Below, in pieces: positions 9,442-19,220 of a stretch of DNA of 64,000 nt (position 1 is the first letter of the stretch; every line of letters starts with the position of its first letter). Location: the NCBI GenBank assembly GCA_012842045.1, contig DUTP01000005.1:11332-75331 (forward strand), read 5' to 3'. The translations under genes were made by a program, and so were the position numbers. This DNA is from Candidatus Dojkabacteria bacterium (GTDB lineage: Bacteria; Patescibacteriota; Dojkabacteria; SC72). The notes under the pieces were generated by a model. The model was given only the letters and a program-made list of their open reading frames with translations. It was not told the DNA's origin and did not search any database.

Positions 9442-10329
9442 GTGGCTGATATAAACAATGTTAATTTTAAAGAAAAAGCAGAACTTTTTGCCAAGGATCT
9501 AACTTCCAAAGGAAGATCTGAGTCCACTGTTATCGCTTATGCAAAAGACATTGAGCAATTATTAAACTATCTGTCGAAAAGAGGAATTCTTTCTTTAGAT
9601 AAAGTAACAATCGAAGATTTAGAGGGATATAAACAAAACCTACAGGATAATAACTACACTCCAAAAAGTGTCTCTAGAAAAATAAATAGTACTAGAACTT
9701 TCTTCAGATTTCTTTTGGAAAACAACTTTGTAAGCGATAATGTTTCCGAGAAATTAGCACATCCTAGATTTGAAATTAAGCCACCCAGAGTACTAACAGA
9801 GATGGAGTACAGAGCATTAAGGGATGTTAGTAGAGTTGATATTAGACTCTACTCTATTGTAGAGATTCTTCTTCAAACAGGAATTAGAATTGGAGAATTA
9901 GCAGGACTTTCTCTTGATGATATTAGAAAGTCAAAGGATGGAAAGATTGATTTTCTTTACATTAAAGCTGCTGGTAGCCATCCAGCTAGAAAAGTTCCCC
10001 TAAACAAGTCTGCAAAGAAAGCATTAGATGATTATATTGCAGTTAGACCAGAGACAGAAGAAGATACTATTTTCATCACAAAGAATGGTAGACCTTTACT
10101 GGTAAGAAATATTAGAACTGCAATAGATAAATCTTTTGAGAGAGCTGGTATTAAGAATGCAAAGGTTAATGATCTTAGAAACACTTTTATTGCACATCAC
10201 TTAGCAAATGGTGTAAGTTTACCAACAGTATCAAAACTTGTTGGTCATAAAAGACTTTCTACTACAGAGAAATATCTGAATATTATTCCAGCTGTTGGTA
10301 AGGAAGAGAAAAACCTTAAGGAACTCTAA
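9442..10329 (+). CDS. Tyrosine site-specific recombinase, XerC/XerD-like (GTG start)
   Basis: 295 aa. N-terminal SAM-like core-binding domain. The C-terminus carries R...HxxR...Y catalytic residues (LRNTFIAHHLANG...GHKRLSTTEKYLNI). The size and motifs fit Xer-type recombinases better than phage integrases. Confidence 0.8.
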   Translation: MADINNVNFKEKAELFAKDLTSKGRSESTVIAYAKDIEQLLNYLSKRGILSLDKVTIEDLEGYKQNLQDNNYTPKSVSRKINSTRTFFRFLLENNFVSDNVSEKLAHPRFEIKPPRVLTEMEYRALRDVSRVDIRLYSIVEILLQTGIRIGELAGLSLDDIRKSKDGKIDFLYIKAAGSHPARKVPLNKSAKKALDDYIAVRPETEEDTIFITKNGRPLLVRNIRTAIDKSFERAGIKNAKVNDLRNTFIAHHLANGVSLPTVSKLVGHKRLSTTEKYLNIIPAVGKEEKNLKEL

Positions 10330-10507
10330 ATAATTAACTCTTAATACAGGTTCAGGTTACCACACTTACTTTCCCTTTCCCCATATGGACTATTACCGTT
10401 TTATTATGATTAGTTAACAAATTACAGGGTACTGTTTCCCTGTCACTATCTAACACCGAATCACAGTTTTGATTGAGGATTCTTCTCTTATATCAATGAA
10501 AAGTATG

Positions 10508-10583
10508 GGAATAGGTGGACTCGAACCACCGACTTCGGCTTTATAAGAACCGTGCTCTGACCTCCTGAGCTATATTCCCATAT
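10508..10583 (-). tRNA. tRNA-Ile with anticodon UAU (reads AUA)
   Basis: Reverse strand reads GGGAAUAUAGCUCAGGAGGUCAGAGCACGGUUCUUAUAAAGCCGAAGUCGGUGGUUCGAGUCCACCUAUUCCCA. Anticodon stem CGGUU/AGCCG, loop CUUAUAA (anticodon UAU), discriminator A73, U12-A23. CCA is not encoded. Confidence 0.75.
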
Positions 10584-10628
10584 ACAATCGGTATTTTACC
10601 AAAACTCTGATGATTTTAGAAGCCTTTA

Positions 10629-13136
10629 TTAAAACATCGGTGGGAAAGCCGCAGAAGGTTGTGGTTGTTCAACTGGTTCTTCTTTCTCAAGCTGAGACCT
10701 GATACGAATGTCCTCCGCAACAACATTAACATCTCTCCCATATTTCATTCTAGACATATCTTTAATTACCTTCACCACTTCTTCGTTCACAGGTAAATCA
10801 AACCCTGCTTCAGGAAAAGCTTTGCCATAGCTAGTGTCAAGAGAAAAAGGTGCTGGATACGAACCATCAACAAGAAGTTTTGTATAATAATGAGCCATAC
10901 CTTGATTGACAATATCGCCCGCTGTGACATACCCCTCAAAAGGCGTTTCTAAGAACTGTGCATCTTCAGGACTACACCTCGCAATGTATAGAGAACCTAC
11001 ATTCCCAAATACAGCATTCTTAATGTCTTCTGGTAACTGTCCAATATATTGGTGTGCTAGAGTAAGATTAAGTCTGTATTTCCTAGCCTCAGAAAGAATA
11101 GAAGAAAACTCCTCTGTTGCAAAGTTTTGAAACTCATCCGCATAGAAAAAGAAGTCCCTTCTCTCGTACTCAGGAATATTCTCCCTACTTAGCGCTGCTG
11201 CAAGAAGTTTCTGAACAATCAATAAACCTAGAAAGGACATATTCTCATCACCAATTAAACCTTTAGAAAGATTTACAACCAAAATCTTACCTTCATCCAT
11301 CACTTGTCTAAAATCAAAAGAGGATGTGGACTGCCCAATTATATTTCTAATAGCTAAGTTCGTAGTAAACTTATCAAATTTTGAAATAAAGTATGTCAAA
11401 GACTCTGCTTTTGTCTTCTTGTCTGTCTTTGCTACCTGGTCAGTCCAATATCTAATAACTAATTCATCTTTAACCAATGGTAGCCAATGACTCATCACCC
11501 AGTCTTCATCTTGAAGAATTCTCACCACCTCAATCAAGGTCGAATCTGGCTTCGCCATGGCTGTTAACATAGAGTTTCTTACAGCCTGTTGAAATGCAGG
11601 ACCTGCATAACCTTGATTATTTGGATCAAAAAGCCTGATAAGTAAAGCAAGAAAACTATTTACAATTTGATGTTTATGTTGCTCATTATAATATTCCATG
11701 ATATTAAGACCAAACGGTCTTTCGAAATCACCAGCATTAAAATAGATAACATCTTCTGCTCTCTCTGCTGGGATTCTCTCCAACACCATATCAGCAGCAG
11801 AACCATGAGGATCTATAAAACAAACACCATCACCATTATATATATCCTGCATAATCATTCTGACCATCAACCAGGACTTACCTGTACCCGTCTGACCAAG
11901 TATGTATGCATGTCTCCTCCTATCATCTCTTTTTGAACATATCATCTTTTTCTTGCCTCTGAAATAGTTATTCCCAACCCAAATAGTATCCGGAGAATTA
12001 ATATCGGAACTTATCAAATTATCCGCCGGTAACTCTTTTGATAATAACCATTTGATATTAGGAGTTGTTATCTCTTTATTTGGGAAGTGATAGAGTGCAG
12101 CAAGCTCTTCAATATTTAATATACTTTTCTCGTCTTCTGGAGCTCTTCTATAAATTACATCATAGAGAAAGGCCTTTTGGTCTCTTTCTTTTACTTCCTT
12201 CTTTTGTAACTTATTAATCCCCGGATTGTTGTACTGCTCAAAGGCAGCAACTATATTATCCAAATGCATCTTTGCAATTGCTTTATCTGGAGCACTTGTA
12301 ATAATTCTAATCTCCGCAATCATCCCTGGTTTTGAGACCTTTTTATTAACAGCTTCCAATTTCTCTGGAGGTACATTTATTTTTTTCTTCTCTGGATCTG
12401 CATTATTCTTCTCTACATTCTGCACAAACCCTATACCATTCTCTTGCCATTTCGAATCTGTCGGAGATACAACCAATTGAACCAATGCCCCTTCACTCTC
12501 TGCCATTTTACTTAGAGTACTTAAGACATTAGCTGTTGGGTCACCTGTAAAACCTTCAGCCATCCTAATTGGGTAGTATGCATCTTCCTGCAAAACAAGC
12601 CTTGCACACTCAATCTCTGTGTTAGGAGCAAAGATATTGTATTCATCTACTACTGCGACATCAGCATCCTGATATGAACCCAGTATTTGCTTTTCAACCA
12701 AATCTGCATACTGACGAGGACAGTGAACAAAAAACCTTATCTCCCCTGGAAGACCAACCATCTCAAAACTAACACTGTTGCTTACATTGAACATCCCTGC
12801 TAAACCCTTACTCTTTCCTCCTATTCCATATATATTTGCAAACATCTGCTCTGCGGTACCTATCTCCACCTCATTATCCCTTAAAACCCTAACTTCTAAA
12901 AGAACTCCATCACTAGCTTTCTCGTTTCTATCTTTCTTCCTCAACTTCTTTCTTACTAAAAAGAATCCGCCAACACAGACAGCTATGAGAAGAAGAACAA
13001 ACGTTATCCAACCCCAAGGGATTTTAATATTCTCAATGCTTGTAGCGTTGTCAGCATATCTAATAGTACTACTATCTCGCTTTGGTAAATCAGGAAATTG
13101 TTTTTCTTGTGTATAGAGAATATTTTCAGAATGCAT
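10629..13136 (-). CDS. Membrane-anchored P-loop ATPase of the TraG/VirD4/TraD (TraG-D_C / DUF87-like) family with a ~400-aa N-terminal domain of unknown function
   Basis: TM near aa 40-60 (WGWITFVLLLIAVCVGGFFLV). Walker A is HAYILGQTGTGKSWLMVRM. A Walker B / coupling-protein C-terminal motif block follows: FFFYADEFQNFATEEFSSILSEARKYRLNLTLAHQYIGQL. Confidence 0.6.
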   Translation of the reverse strand: MHSENILYTQEKQFPDLPKRDSSTIRYADNATSIENIKIPWGWITFVLLLIAVCVGGFFLVRKKLRKKDRNEKASDGVLLEVRVLRDNEVEIGTAEQMFANIYGIGGKSKGLAGMFNVSNSVSFEMVGLPGEIRFFVHCPRQYADLVEKQILGSYQDADVAVVDEYNIFAPNTEIECARLVLQEDAYYPIRMAEGFTGDPTANVLSTLSKMAESEGALVQLVVSPTDSKWQENGIGFVQNVEKNNADPEKKKINVPPEKLEAVNKKVSKPGMIAEIRIITSAPDKAIAKMHLDNIVAAFEQYNNPGINKLQKKEVKERDQKAFLYDVIYRRAPEDEKSILNIEELAALYHFPNKEITTPNIKWLLSKELPADNLISSDINSPDTIWVGNNYFRGKKKMICSKRDDRRRHAYILGQTGTGKSWLMVRMIMQDIYNGDGVCFIDPHGSAADMVLERIPAERAEDVIYFNAGDFERPFGLNIMEYYNEQHKHQIVNSFLALLIRLFDPNNQGYAGPAFQQAVRNSMLTAMAKPDSTLIEVVRILQDEDWVMSHWLPLVKDELVIRYWTDQVAKTDKKTKAESLTYFISKFDKFTTNLAIRNIIGQSTSSFDFRQVMDEGKILVVNLSKGLIGDENMSFLGLLIVQKLLAAALSRENIPEYERRDFFFYADEFQNFATEEFSSILSEARKYRLNLTLAHQYIGQLPEDIKNAVFGNVGSLYIARCSPEDAQFLETPFEGYVTAGDIVNQGMAHYYTKLLVDGSYPAPFSLDTSYGKAFPEAGFDLPVNEEVVKVIKDMSRMKYGRDVNVVAEDIRIRSQLEKEEPVEQPQPSAAFPPMF

Positions 13137-13201
13137 AAAAGGACAGTATCATCTTATGCATACAGAATAACACAGTGAAAACAATATATCAAAGAAGGAA
13201 A

Positions 13202-13525
13202 CTAATCATCAATAGGTTCTCCATGTATCTTTCTTTTAAGGATATCCAAAGCCGTACTATCAGCCCCTTGAGTATTAACATCAAATCCTGGGCCAGACCA
13301 TTTTCTTTCTATACTTCCTCCATCATTCTCACCCGTAGAAGCAATATCCTGTACTCCACCTGTAGGCTCATGCCCTGACACATCTGAAGTATAAGAAGAA
13401 GGTGTTGTAGGATCCTCAGCACCTGTTCTAGCTACAGGCTCTGTGGGTTCATAAGCAGGAGACAAATTCTCCAATGCCTCATTTAAATTATAATTTGTTC
13501 CTAGTTCAATATTGTTACCTTGCAT
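13202..13525 (-). CDS. Hypothetical Pro/Thr-rich small protein (may be non-coding)
   Basis: Only ORF in the 13137-13531 gap. Low-complexity composition and locally higher GC. Confidence 0.25.
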   Translation of the reverse strand: MQGNNIELGTNYNLNEALENLSPAYEPTEPVARTGAEDPTTPSSYTSDVSGHEPTGGVQDIASTGENDGGSIERKWSGPGFDVNTQGADSTALDILKRKIHGEPIDD

Positions 13526-13531
13526 ACTAGA

Positions 13532-13975
13532 TTATACCATGAATTTCCTGCTTTCGTAAAGCATTTCTCTATCTAAATCTCTTTCTTTCTGCTTTGCCTT
13601 CTTTTCATATTGTTTCTTTCCTTTTGCATAAGCTACTTCTATTTTTATAAGCTTTCCTTTTGTATATATGGACAAGGGAATTAATGTTAATTTCTTTGCC
13701 TGTACCTTACTCTGAATCTGTACCAATTCTTTCTTCTTTACCAGTAATTTGCGACTCCTCCTACTATCATAATGTTCATCAGAACTATATTTGTACTGAG
13801 GAATTTCCATGTTTATAATGTAAAGATCTCCATCTACTACTTTCACAAAAGAATCTGTAAGGTTAACTCTTCCATCTTTAATACTCTTAACTTCAGCTCC
13901 TGTTAAAACAATACCTGTTTCAAAGGTATCTACAATAGTGTAGTTGAATGTAGCCTTTTTATTTGAAATTTTCAT
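13532..13975 (-). CDS. smpB: SsrA-binding protein SmpB
   Basis: KISNKKATFNYTIVDTFETGIVLTGAEVKSIK... matches the SmpB N-terminus (N+KA.+.Y.I.+.+EAGI.L.G.EVKS). 147 aa. Confidence 0.9.
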   Translation of the reverse strand: MKISNKKATFNYTIVDTFETGIVLTGAEVKSIKDGRVNLTDSFVKVVDGDLYIINMEIPQYKYSSDEHYDSRRSRKLLVKKKELVQIQSKVQAKKLTLIPLSIYTKGKLIKIEVAYAKGKKQYEKKAKQKERDLDREMLYESRKFMV

Positions 13976-13986
13976 GCCATATTATA

Positions 13987-16362
13987 CTACAATGCTACCC
14001 TCCAAACAGTTGTTCCATCCAATACATACATATTTTCAGCATTATAGTCTACTACAAAGTCTTTTACATTGTTAAATATAGTGTCATCATTACCCCTATA
14101 TTCATACTGTTTTATCAAAAGTAATTGATTAGGATGCCTTAAATCAGCACCTCCTTCTTGTGGTTTTTGAAATTGGAAAAATCTTTTACCCTCAGCATCA
14201 AACATGTAAAGACCACTATCCATACTGTCAGCAAAAGTATATCCTTTAGTTATCTTACCTAGTCCCCCAGAGAGGCCTGTAACACCTAATTCTGTCTGTA
14301 CTTGCTTCTGTTCAAAGTAACTCCATGAGTACCTCACAATCCCAACTTCCTGCTCTATTGTAATGTAGATACTAAAATCACCGAGAATATCCCTAGCATC
14401 TGCGAACACTTCATTCTCTATATATTTACTTAACATCGAGTATCTATCACCATATACTGCAGTAGACCTTAATATGGCTTTTTGATCTGCAGATAATAGG
14501 TATACATTATCATTCTCTGTAAGGATTATCATATCTTTAATGTCCGTTGCCTGAATATCTCTACTGAGTAGACCCGATAATGCTATTGCATTTTCAATCC
14601 CACCGTCCTTGTTAAAAGGAATCTTAATAACTCCAGCATCTTTATCATATACAAAAGCCCCTTTAACACCAACAGAAACATTCATTGGACTCTTAAATAG
14701 TTTCTCCGTATCAGAAACTATCTGAATGGATGGTGTTTCTCCAAGAGGTGTAAAGAAGACTGCCTTCTTACCTTTGTCTGTAATGAAAACACCCTCTTTG
14801 CCATGGATGTCTCTGTATATCTCAATATCCGTTGGTTCACTACCCTCTCCTGAGCCATTTAGAACTAAGTCTAAATAACTGAAAAGATTCTTGTTCTCTT
14901 TTGAAATACCTACCTTCTTAAACAATCTATCCCCTATTTCAGACATCTTTACCTCTATTTGCTTCTTTGTTTCTTCATCCTTCTCTCTAATACCTTCTGG
15001 AATCTCTTTAAATATCTGAGTAGCATCAAAATACGTTGTTTCTGCACTAGTTCTGTCTGTTTCTAAATTGTTTTCTGTTTTCTCTAAAAGGTTTTCAATC
15101 TTTTTAAATTTTTCATTAGCATCTTTTCCTAATTCGTTTAATTTCTTTGTCTTTATTGTAAAGTTAACTCCCAACACTATTAGTAATACAACAGCTAAGA
15201 TGCCAAAGAGTTGTTTAAATCTCTTTCCTCTTAAATCTCTCACCTTGTAATCATCTATTCTCATTACAGGGGTAGATACTCTCCTTACCGGTCTTCTACC
15301 TAAACTCATTTGAGAATATTTTGCCATGATTCTTTTAAACCATTGTTTTTGTGCGAATTGCTTTGTAATCTTTTCCCAAAGTATAGAGAATATCTCTTTT
15401 ATCTTTTGCCATATTTTTGTAAGAACTGCTTTAACCTTCCCACATATTTCTTTTATCTTTTGTATTGTTTCTTCTGATGGCTTGATTTTAGTATATGCAT
15501 TTACAAAAAAGATTTTGATTTTAGCTAGCATTAAAGCTATTTTGTTTTTTTCTTTAACCTTTCCTTTAACCTCTTTTACATAGAGTTTAGGTCTATTAGA
15601 GATATCTTCTTGCTGTTCTAATTCTAATCTAGCCTCCTCCTTTTCTTCTTCATCTTTTGGAATGAATGACTGTACTATCTTTGAATCTTCTTGTTTAGAA
15701 TTGTCTGTTTCTTCTTTTGGTTTGATTGGTTCATCTGTACCAAAAGCAAGGATTGCAGATGAAAGTGGTAGATTTACCCCTATTTTAGTAATCTCCCTGT
15801 ATACCTTCTTCTCTTTTGTTGATGACACTATGTCTGGTATATGTGTAGAGAGTATCCCTTCTGTAGAGACAAGGAGGGCTTCATTTTCTTCAAGAACAAT
15901 ACCTGCAGTATTTGCATTTTTACTCTTCATAATTTTACTAATGTTAATTGCCTGACCTGCTTTGAGCACATAGATCTCACCATCCCCTATTGAACCTATG
16001 TAGAAACCTTCTTTCTTTTCTAATACCACAAGGATTGTTGTTTTAATTTCAACATCTTCAATATCCTTATCTGTTTGCATCAATGTTTTTAATTTAGTAG
16101 TACCTTCTTCAAGAGCATTCTTCATTGCTTCATTTGTTGTTTTTGTATGAGAGTAGAGATATCCATCGGCAATACTATCTATTACAAATTTAGAAAGCCT
16201 AACTAATGGAGCTTTTTGTTCTGAAGACATTTTGAGAAGAATGTAAAGATTACCATCTTTGGCTGATTTCTCCTCTCTGTTCTCAAAGAGATTTCTGTAT
16301 ATTGTCACATATGAGTGACCATTTTTCTCGTTTGAAATATATTGTTGGGCAGATGTCTTCAT
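13987..16362 (-). CDS. Large hypothetical membrane protein (791 aa)
   Basis: The N-terminal ~180 aa is globular, possibly a PP2C/SpoIIE-like fold (TILVVLEKKEGFYIGSIGDGEIYVL); this is weak. It is followed by a coiled coil, one TM (LFGILAVVLLIVLGVNF) and a large extracytoplasmic C-terminal domain. Confidence 0.4.
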   Translation of the reverse strand: MKTSAQQYISNEKNGHSYVTIYRNLFENREEKSAKDGNLYILLKMSSEQKAPLVRLSKFVIDSIADGYLYSHTKTTNEAMKNALEEGTTKLKTLMQTDKDIEDVEIKTTILVVLEKKEGFYIGSIGDGEIYVLKAGQAINISKIMKSKNANTAGIVLEENEALLVSTEGILSTHIPDIVSSTKEKKVYREITKIGVNLPLSSAILAFGTDEPIKPKEETDNSKQEDSKIVQSFIPKDEEEKEEARLELEQQEDISNRPKLYVKEVKGKVKEKNKIALMLAKIKIFFVNAYTKIKPSEETIQKIKEICGKVKAVLTKIWQKIKEIFSILWEKITKQFAQKQWFKRIMAKYSQMSLGRRPVRRVSTPVMRIDDYKVRDLRGKRFKQLFGILAVVLLIVLGVNFTIKTKKLNELGKDANEKFKKIENLLEKTENNLETDRTSAETTYFDATQIFKEIPEGIREKDEETKKQIEVKMSEIGDRLFKKVGISKENKNLFSYLDLVLNGSGEGSEPTDIEIYRDIHGKEGVFITDKGKKAVFFTPLGETPSIQIVSDTEKLFKSPMNVSVGVKGAFVYDKDAGVIKIPFNKDGGIENAIALSGLLSRDIQATDIKDMIILTENDNVYLLSADQKAILRSTAVYGDRYSMLSKYIENEVFADARDILGDFSIYITIEQEVGIVRYSWSYFEQKQVQTELGVTGLSGGLGKITKGYTFADSMDSGLYMFDAEGKRFFQFQKPQEGGADLRHPNQLLLIKQYEYRGNDDTIFNNVKDFVVDYNAENMYVLDGTTVWRVAL

Positions 16363-16363
16363 C

Positions 16364-16699
16364 TTATGCTAATACTAAAAATAGTAGGGCTAAAAGAGAC
16401 CCTATTACTGTTGTTATTATATATATTACTGTTACACTTTTTACAATCTTGTTTTGAGAAGTAGAAAATGTGTCTGAGAGTAATCTAGTTCTTAAGAAAA
16501 GAATTAAGGAAAACAAGACATTACCTAGGATAAATAGTACTAAAGGTGCTTTAACTATCGATTGTATTTTGATCTTTGGTAATTCATTTGTGAGTTTAGG
16601 TGTTTCTACTGAATCTATAACCTCACTAATTTCTCCTACCTTTGAGGTTTTTCCTAATATTTCTGGTTGTATTTCTTCTAAGATTTGATATGGATCCAT
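16364..16699 (-). CDS. Hypothetical small membrane protein
   Basis: Two hydrophobic segments. Its stop/start overlaps the upstream gene (ATGA at 16699). Confidence 0.35.
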   Translation of the reverse strand: MDPYQILEEIQPEILGKTSKVGEISEVIDSVETPKLTNELPKIKIQSIVKAPLVLFILGNVLFSLILFLRTRLLSDTFSTSQNKIVKSVTVIYIITTVIGSLLALLFLVLA

Positions 16700-17328
16700 T
16701 ATATTTCACCTCCTTTTTTTAACTCTAAAAGATCTGAAAGTATATCTTGTACCTCTTTAGGATTTGCTATTTCATCAAATTCTATTTCAGCATTGGAACC
16801 TGCTGTTTGTACATACACTGTTCCAAGATTAAAAAAGTTCGAAAGAAGACCTACCTGTTTTGTTGTTATATCCTCTATTTTATCCAATCTTGCTTCTGTG
16901 GCTTGGTATGTAAAGAGTGCTTTAATATCTATATCTACAACTCTTTGATCTGTAATTATATTCACATTGAAAAACCATTTTAGGAATGTAAACATTGCAA
17001 TTGAGAGAGCAATTAGGAATATTATTAGGAAAAGAGCAAGACCTATGAGTACACTTCCTAGGAATTTAGATGCGAGGAGAAGACTTACAATAGCTAGTAT
17101 CACTAGGAATATAACTAAGAGTATTTGTCTTAAAAATGCACCCCAATGTCGTCTAGTCACCAGTATTACTTGTTCATCATTGTCTTTTCCTACAAATGTG
17201 GTATTTCTAGGGAAAGGCATGAATGTTTCAGAGGATTTTCCTTGGAGATGAGCAATGAATGATTTATCCATTTTGCTATACTTTTCTGGAATATTTTCAT
17301 TACTATTCTTCATAGTTGAGAATACCAT
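16699..17328 (-). CDS. Membrane protein with a bacterial PH domain (bPH_2, YdbS/YdbT-like)
   Basis: Two TMs, then ITDQRVVDIDIKALFTYQATEARLDKIEDITTKQVGLLSNFFNLGTVYVQTAG, matching the bPH_2 pattern (T..R++....G.........+I.D+......G.+.....). Confidence 0.5.
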   Translation of the reverse strand: MVFSTMKNSNENIPEKYSKMDKSFIAHLQGKSSETFMPFPRNTTFVGKDNDEQVILVTRRHWGAFLRQILLVIFLVILAIVSLLLASKFLGSVLIGLALFLIIFLIALSIAMFTFLKWFFNVNIITDQRVVDIDIKALFTYQATEARLDKIEDITTKQVGLLSNFFNLGTVYVQTAGSNAEIEFDEIANPKEVQDILSDLLELKKGGEI

Positions 17329-17358
17329 AGAATTGTATTGAAAACAATGGTTTAAGAG

Positions 17359-19203
17359 CTATTTTTTCTCTACATTGAAGAAGACATGAGAAGGTTGTTG
17401 TTGTATTCTCATATGGCCTGGAGCCATCTGATTGTAAATATCTTTAAAACCAGCACCAGAAATATGAACTGGTCCCCTATTAGTATAGAAAATTACTTCT
17501 TTCGTTTGCCCTTCTCCCCAAACAATCCCAACGTTAGATATTGAACGAACAGGATTTGAAAGAAGTGCTTGTAACTCAGCTAGTGTATATGGCACTTTAT
17601 CTGTATTTCCATAATCCGCTCTTTCTCCTCCAGGACATTTTCCGTAGTCACTGGGTAACAACCTAGATTTATCAGGGGTTTTTCTTAAACCTAGACTGTG
17701 TTTTACAAAGTAAGCATTAACTATTACCATCATTTCTTCATGAGTTAAAAATGGCGAATGTCCACAATTTTCCCCTTTTGGATCTATGCCACTTCCTGCT
17801 CTATACCAAGACTTGTAAAACCATGTAACACCTGACTTCCTCTCCCAAGCATTATTGAACCAATCTTTTCCATTTCCACTAACTGTATCCCAACCCACAT
17901 GATTCCCCCATGCTCCATGAACAGCTGCATATTCAGTTGCAAAAACAACACCCTTTTTGGTCAATACTTGTCCTTTAGTTTGAGCAACAGCATTTCTCCA
18001 ACCTGCTGCATTTTGACAGTTTTTGTATACCTGATTACTTTGATTCGGAATTATATAGCCTTGTGTCCTAACTTTATGTAAGGCATAGGTTCTTGCAGCA
18101 ACAGCTTGAGCTTTCAATGCCTCAATATTCCAACTTGCTGGCATCTCATATATGCTATTCATATATTCTTGGAAACTTATTCTGATGTTATAACTCTTAG
18201 CCTTATTGTTACAGTCAACTCCTTCTCCTTTCACCCATATGGTCTCTGGTTCTTTAAACCCCTCCACAAAAGTAGCACCTGGGTAATAAACTTCAAGTAA
18301 TTTCCTGTAATTTTGTCCTGCATCAGCTCTAGCTCTAGCACCCCATTGGCTCATACCGTTTCTATGCGTATATGCACCAATCGAAAAAACCCCAAAAGAA
18401 CCAGCTGGAGCCTGTGAAATTGAAGTTCCAAAACTAGAACCTGTATATCCACCGGAGGAGATTAAACCTGCTCCTCTTGCAGCAATGAGGGCTGCTTGTA
18501 GTTGAGAAACATTCTTACTTAAGTCTGTAATATCAGAATTTAATTTCCTTCTCTGAGAATATTGACTATTCAACTCCGCCTGTAACTTAGCCCTCTCTTT
18601 ATCTAACAATGCATATGATTTATCTAACTCATCCTTCTGTTTATCTAAAACCTCTTTCTCTTTATCCAACCCCTCTTTTGCTTCAACTAAATTACTAAAC
18701 TCACCACTAATCTCCTCAACCCTATCCTTTAATATATTAAGAGCTCCTTTTCTAACATAAAAGCTTTGTACTAAATCCTTCCAATCAGAGAAAACAAAAT
18801 TAGCAAACCTATTCCTACTCTCTACATACAACAAACCAGATATGGAATCCATACTCCCTCTAACCTCTTCTAATTCCTTCTGTTTCTGTTCTAATTCTAA
18901 CAACTTCTTTTCAATCTCCTTAGCTTTACTATCAGAATTCGCTTTAGCTTTGTTAAGCTCCTCAGTCATCAATCTAATCTTCTCCTGTAAAGATGCATTA
19001 CTATCCTTAATTCCCTTAATCCTACTCTCTACTGTTTCTAATATTGATTTTTTACTAGAAAGCTCCTTTTGCTTTTGCTCTATTTGTTGTTCTAAATCAG
19101 CAATACCTTGAGCATTAACCACCCCTATGTAAGGAGTGCAGAGAGAGAAAATGAATATTATTAAAAGAAAAATTGTTTTGTAATTTCCGGACAGTTTCTT
19201 CAT
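17359..19203 (-). CDS. SpoIID/LytB-domain protein with an N-terminal signal peptide and long coiled coil
   Basis: The C-terminal domain contains WNIEALKAQAVAARTYALHKV...IPNQSNQVYKN, characteristic of the SpoIID/LytB amidase-enhancer family. The N-terminal ~250 aa is a heptad-rich coiled coil. Confidence 0.75.
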   Translation of the reverse strand: MKKLSGNYKTIFLLIIFIFSLCTPYIGVVNAQGIADLEQQIEQKQKELSSKKSILETVESRIKGIKDSNASLQEKIRLMTEELNKAKANSDSKAKEIEKKLLELEQKQKELEEVRGSMDSISGLLYVESRNRFANFVFSDWKDLVQSFYVRKGALNILKDRVEEISGEFSNLVEAKEGLDKEKEVLDKQKDELDKSYALLDKERAKLQAELNSQYSQRRKLNSDITDLSKNVSQLQAALIAARGAGLISSGGYTGSSFGTSISQAPAGSFGVFSIGAYTHRNGMSQWGARARADAGQNYRKLLEVYYPGATFVEGFKEPETIWVKGEGVDCNNKAKSYNIRISFQEYMNSIYEMPASWNIEALKAQAVAARTYALHKVRTQGYIIPNQSNQVYKNCQNAAGWRNAVAQTKGQVLTKKGVVFATEYAAVHGAWGNHVGWDTVSGNGKDWFNNAWERKSGVTWFYKSWYRAGSGIDPKGENCGHSPFLTHEEMMVIVNAYFVKHSLGLRKTPDKSRLLPSDYGKCPGGERADYGNTDKVPYTLAELQALLSNPVRSISNVGIVWGEGQTKEVIFYTNRGPVHISGAGFKDIYNQMAPGHMRIQQQPSHVFFNVEKK

Positions 19204-19220
19204 TACATGGATTATACCAT

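Noticed and set aside
9442-10583. Integrase plus adjacent tRNA as the boundary of an integrative or prophage element
   Set aside because: The recombinase is Xer-sized (295 aa) with XerC/D-like motifs. The flanking genes are core (FtsB-like, initiator tRNA). No phage structural or replication genes follow. A small remnant element cannot be excluded.
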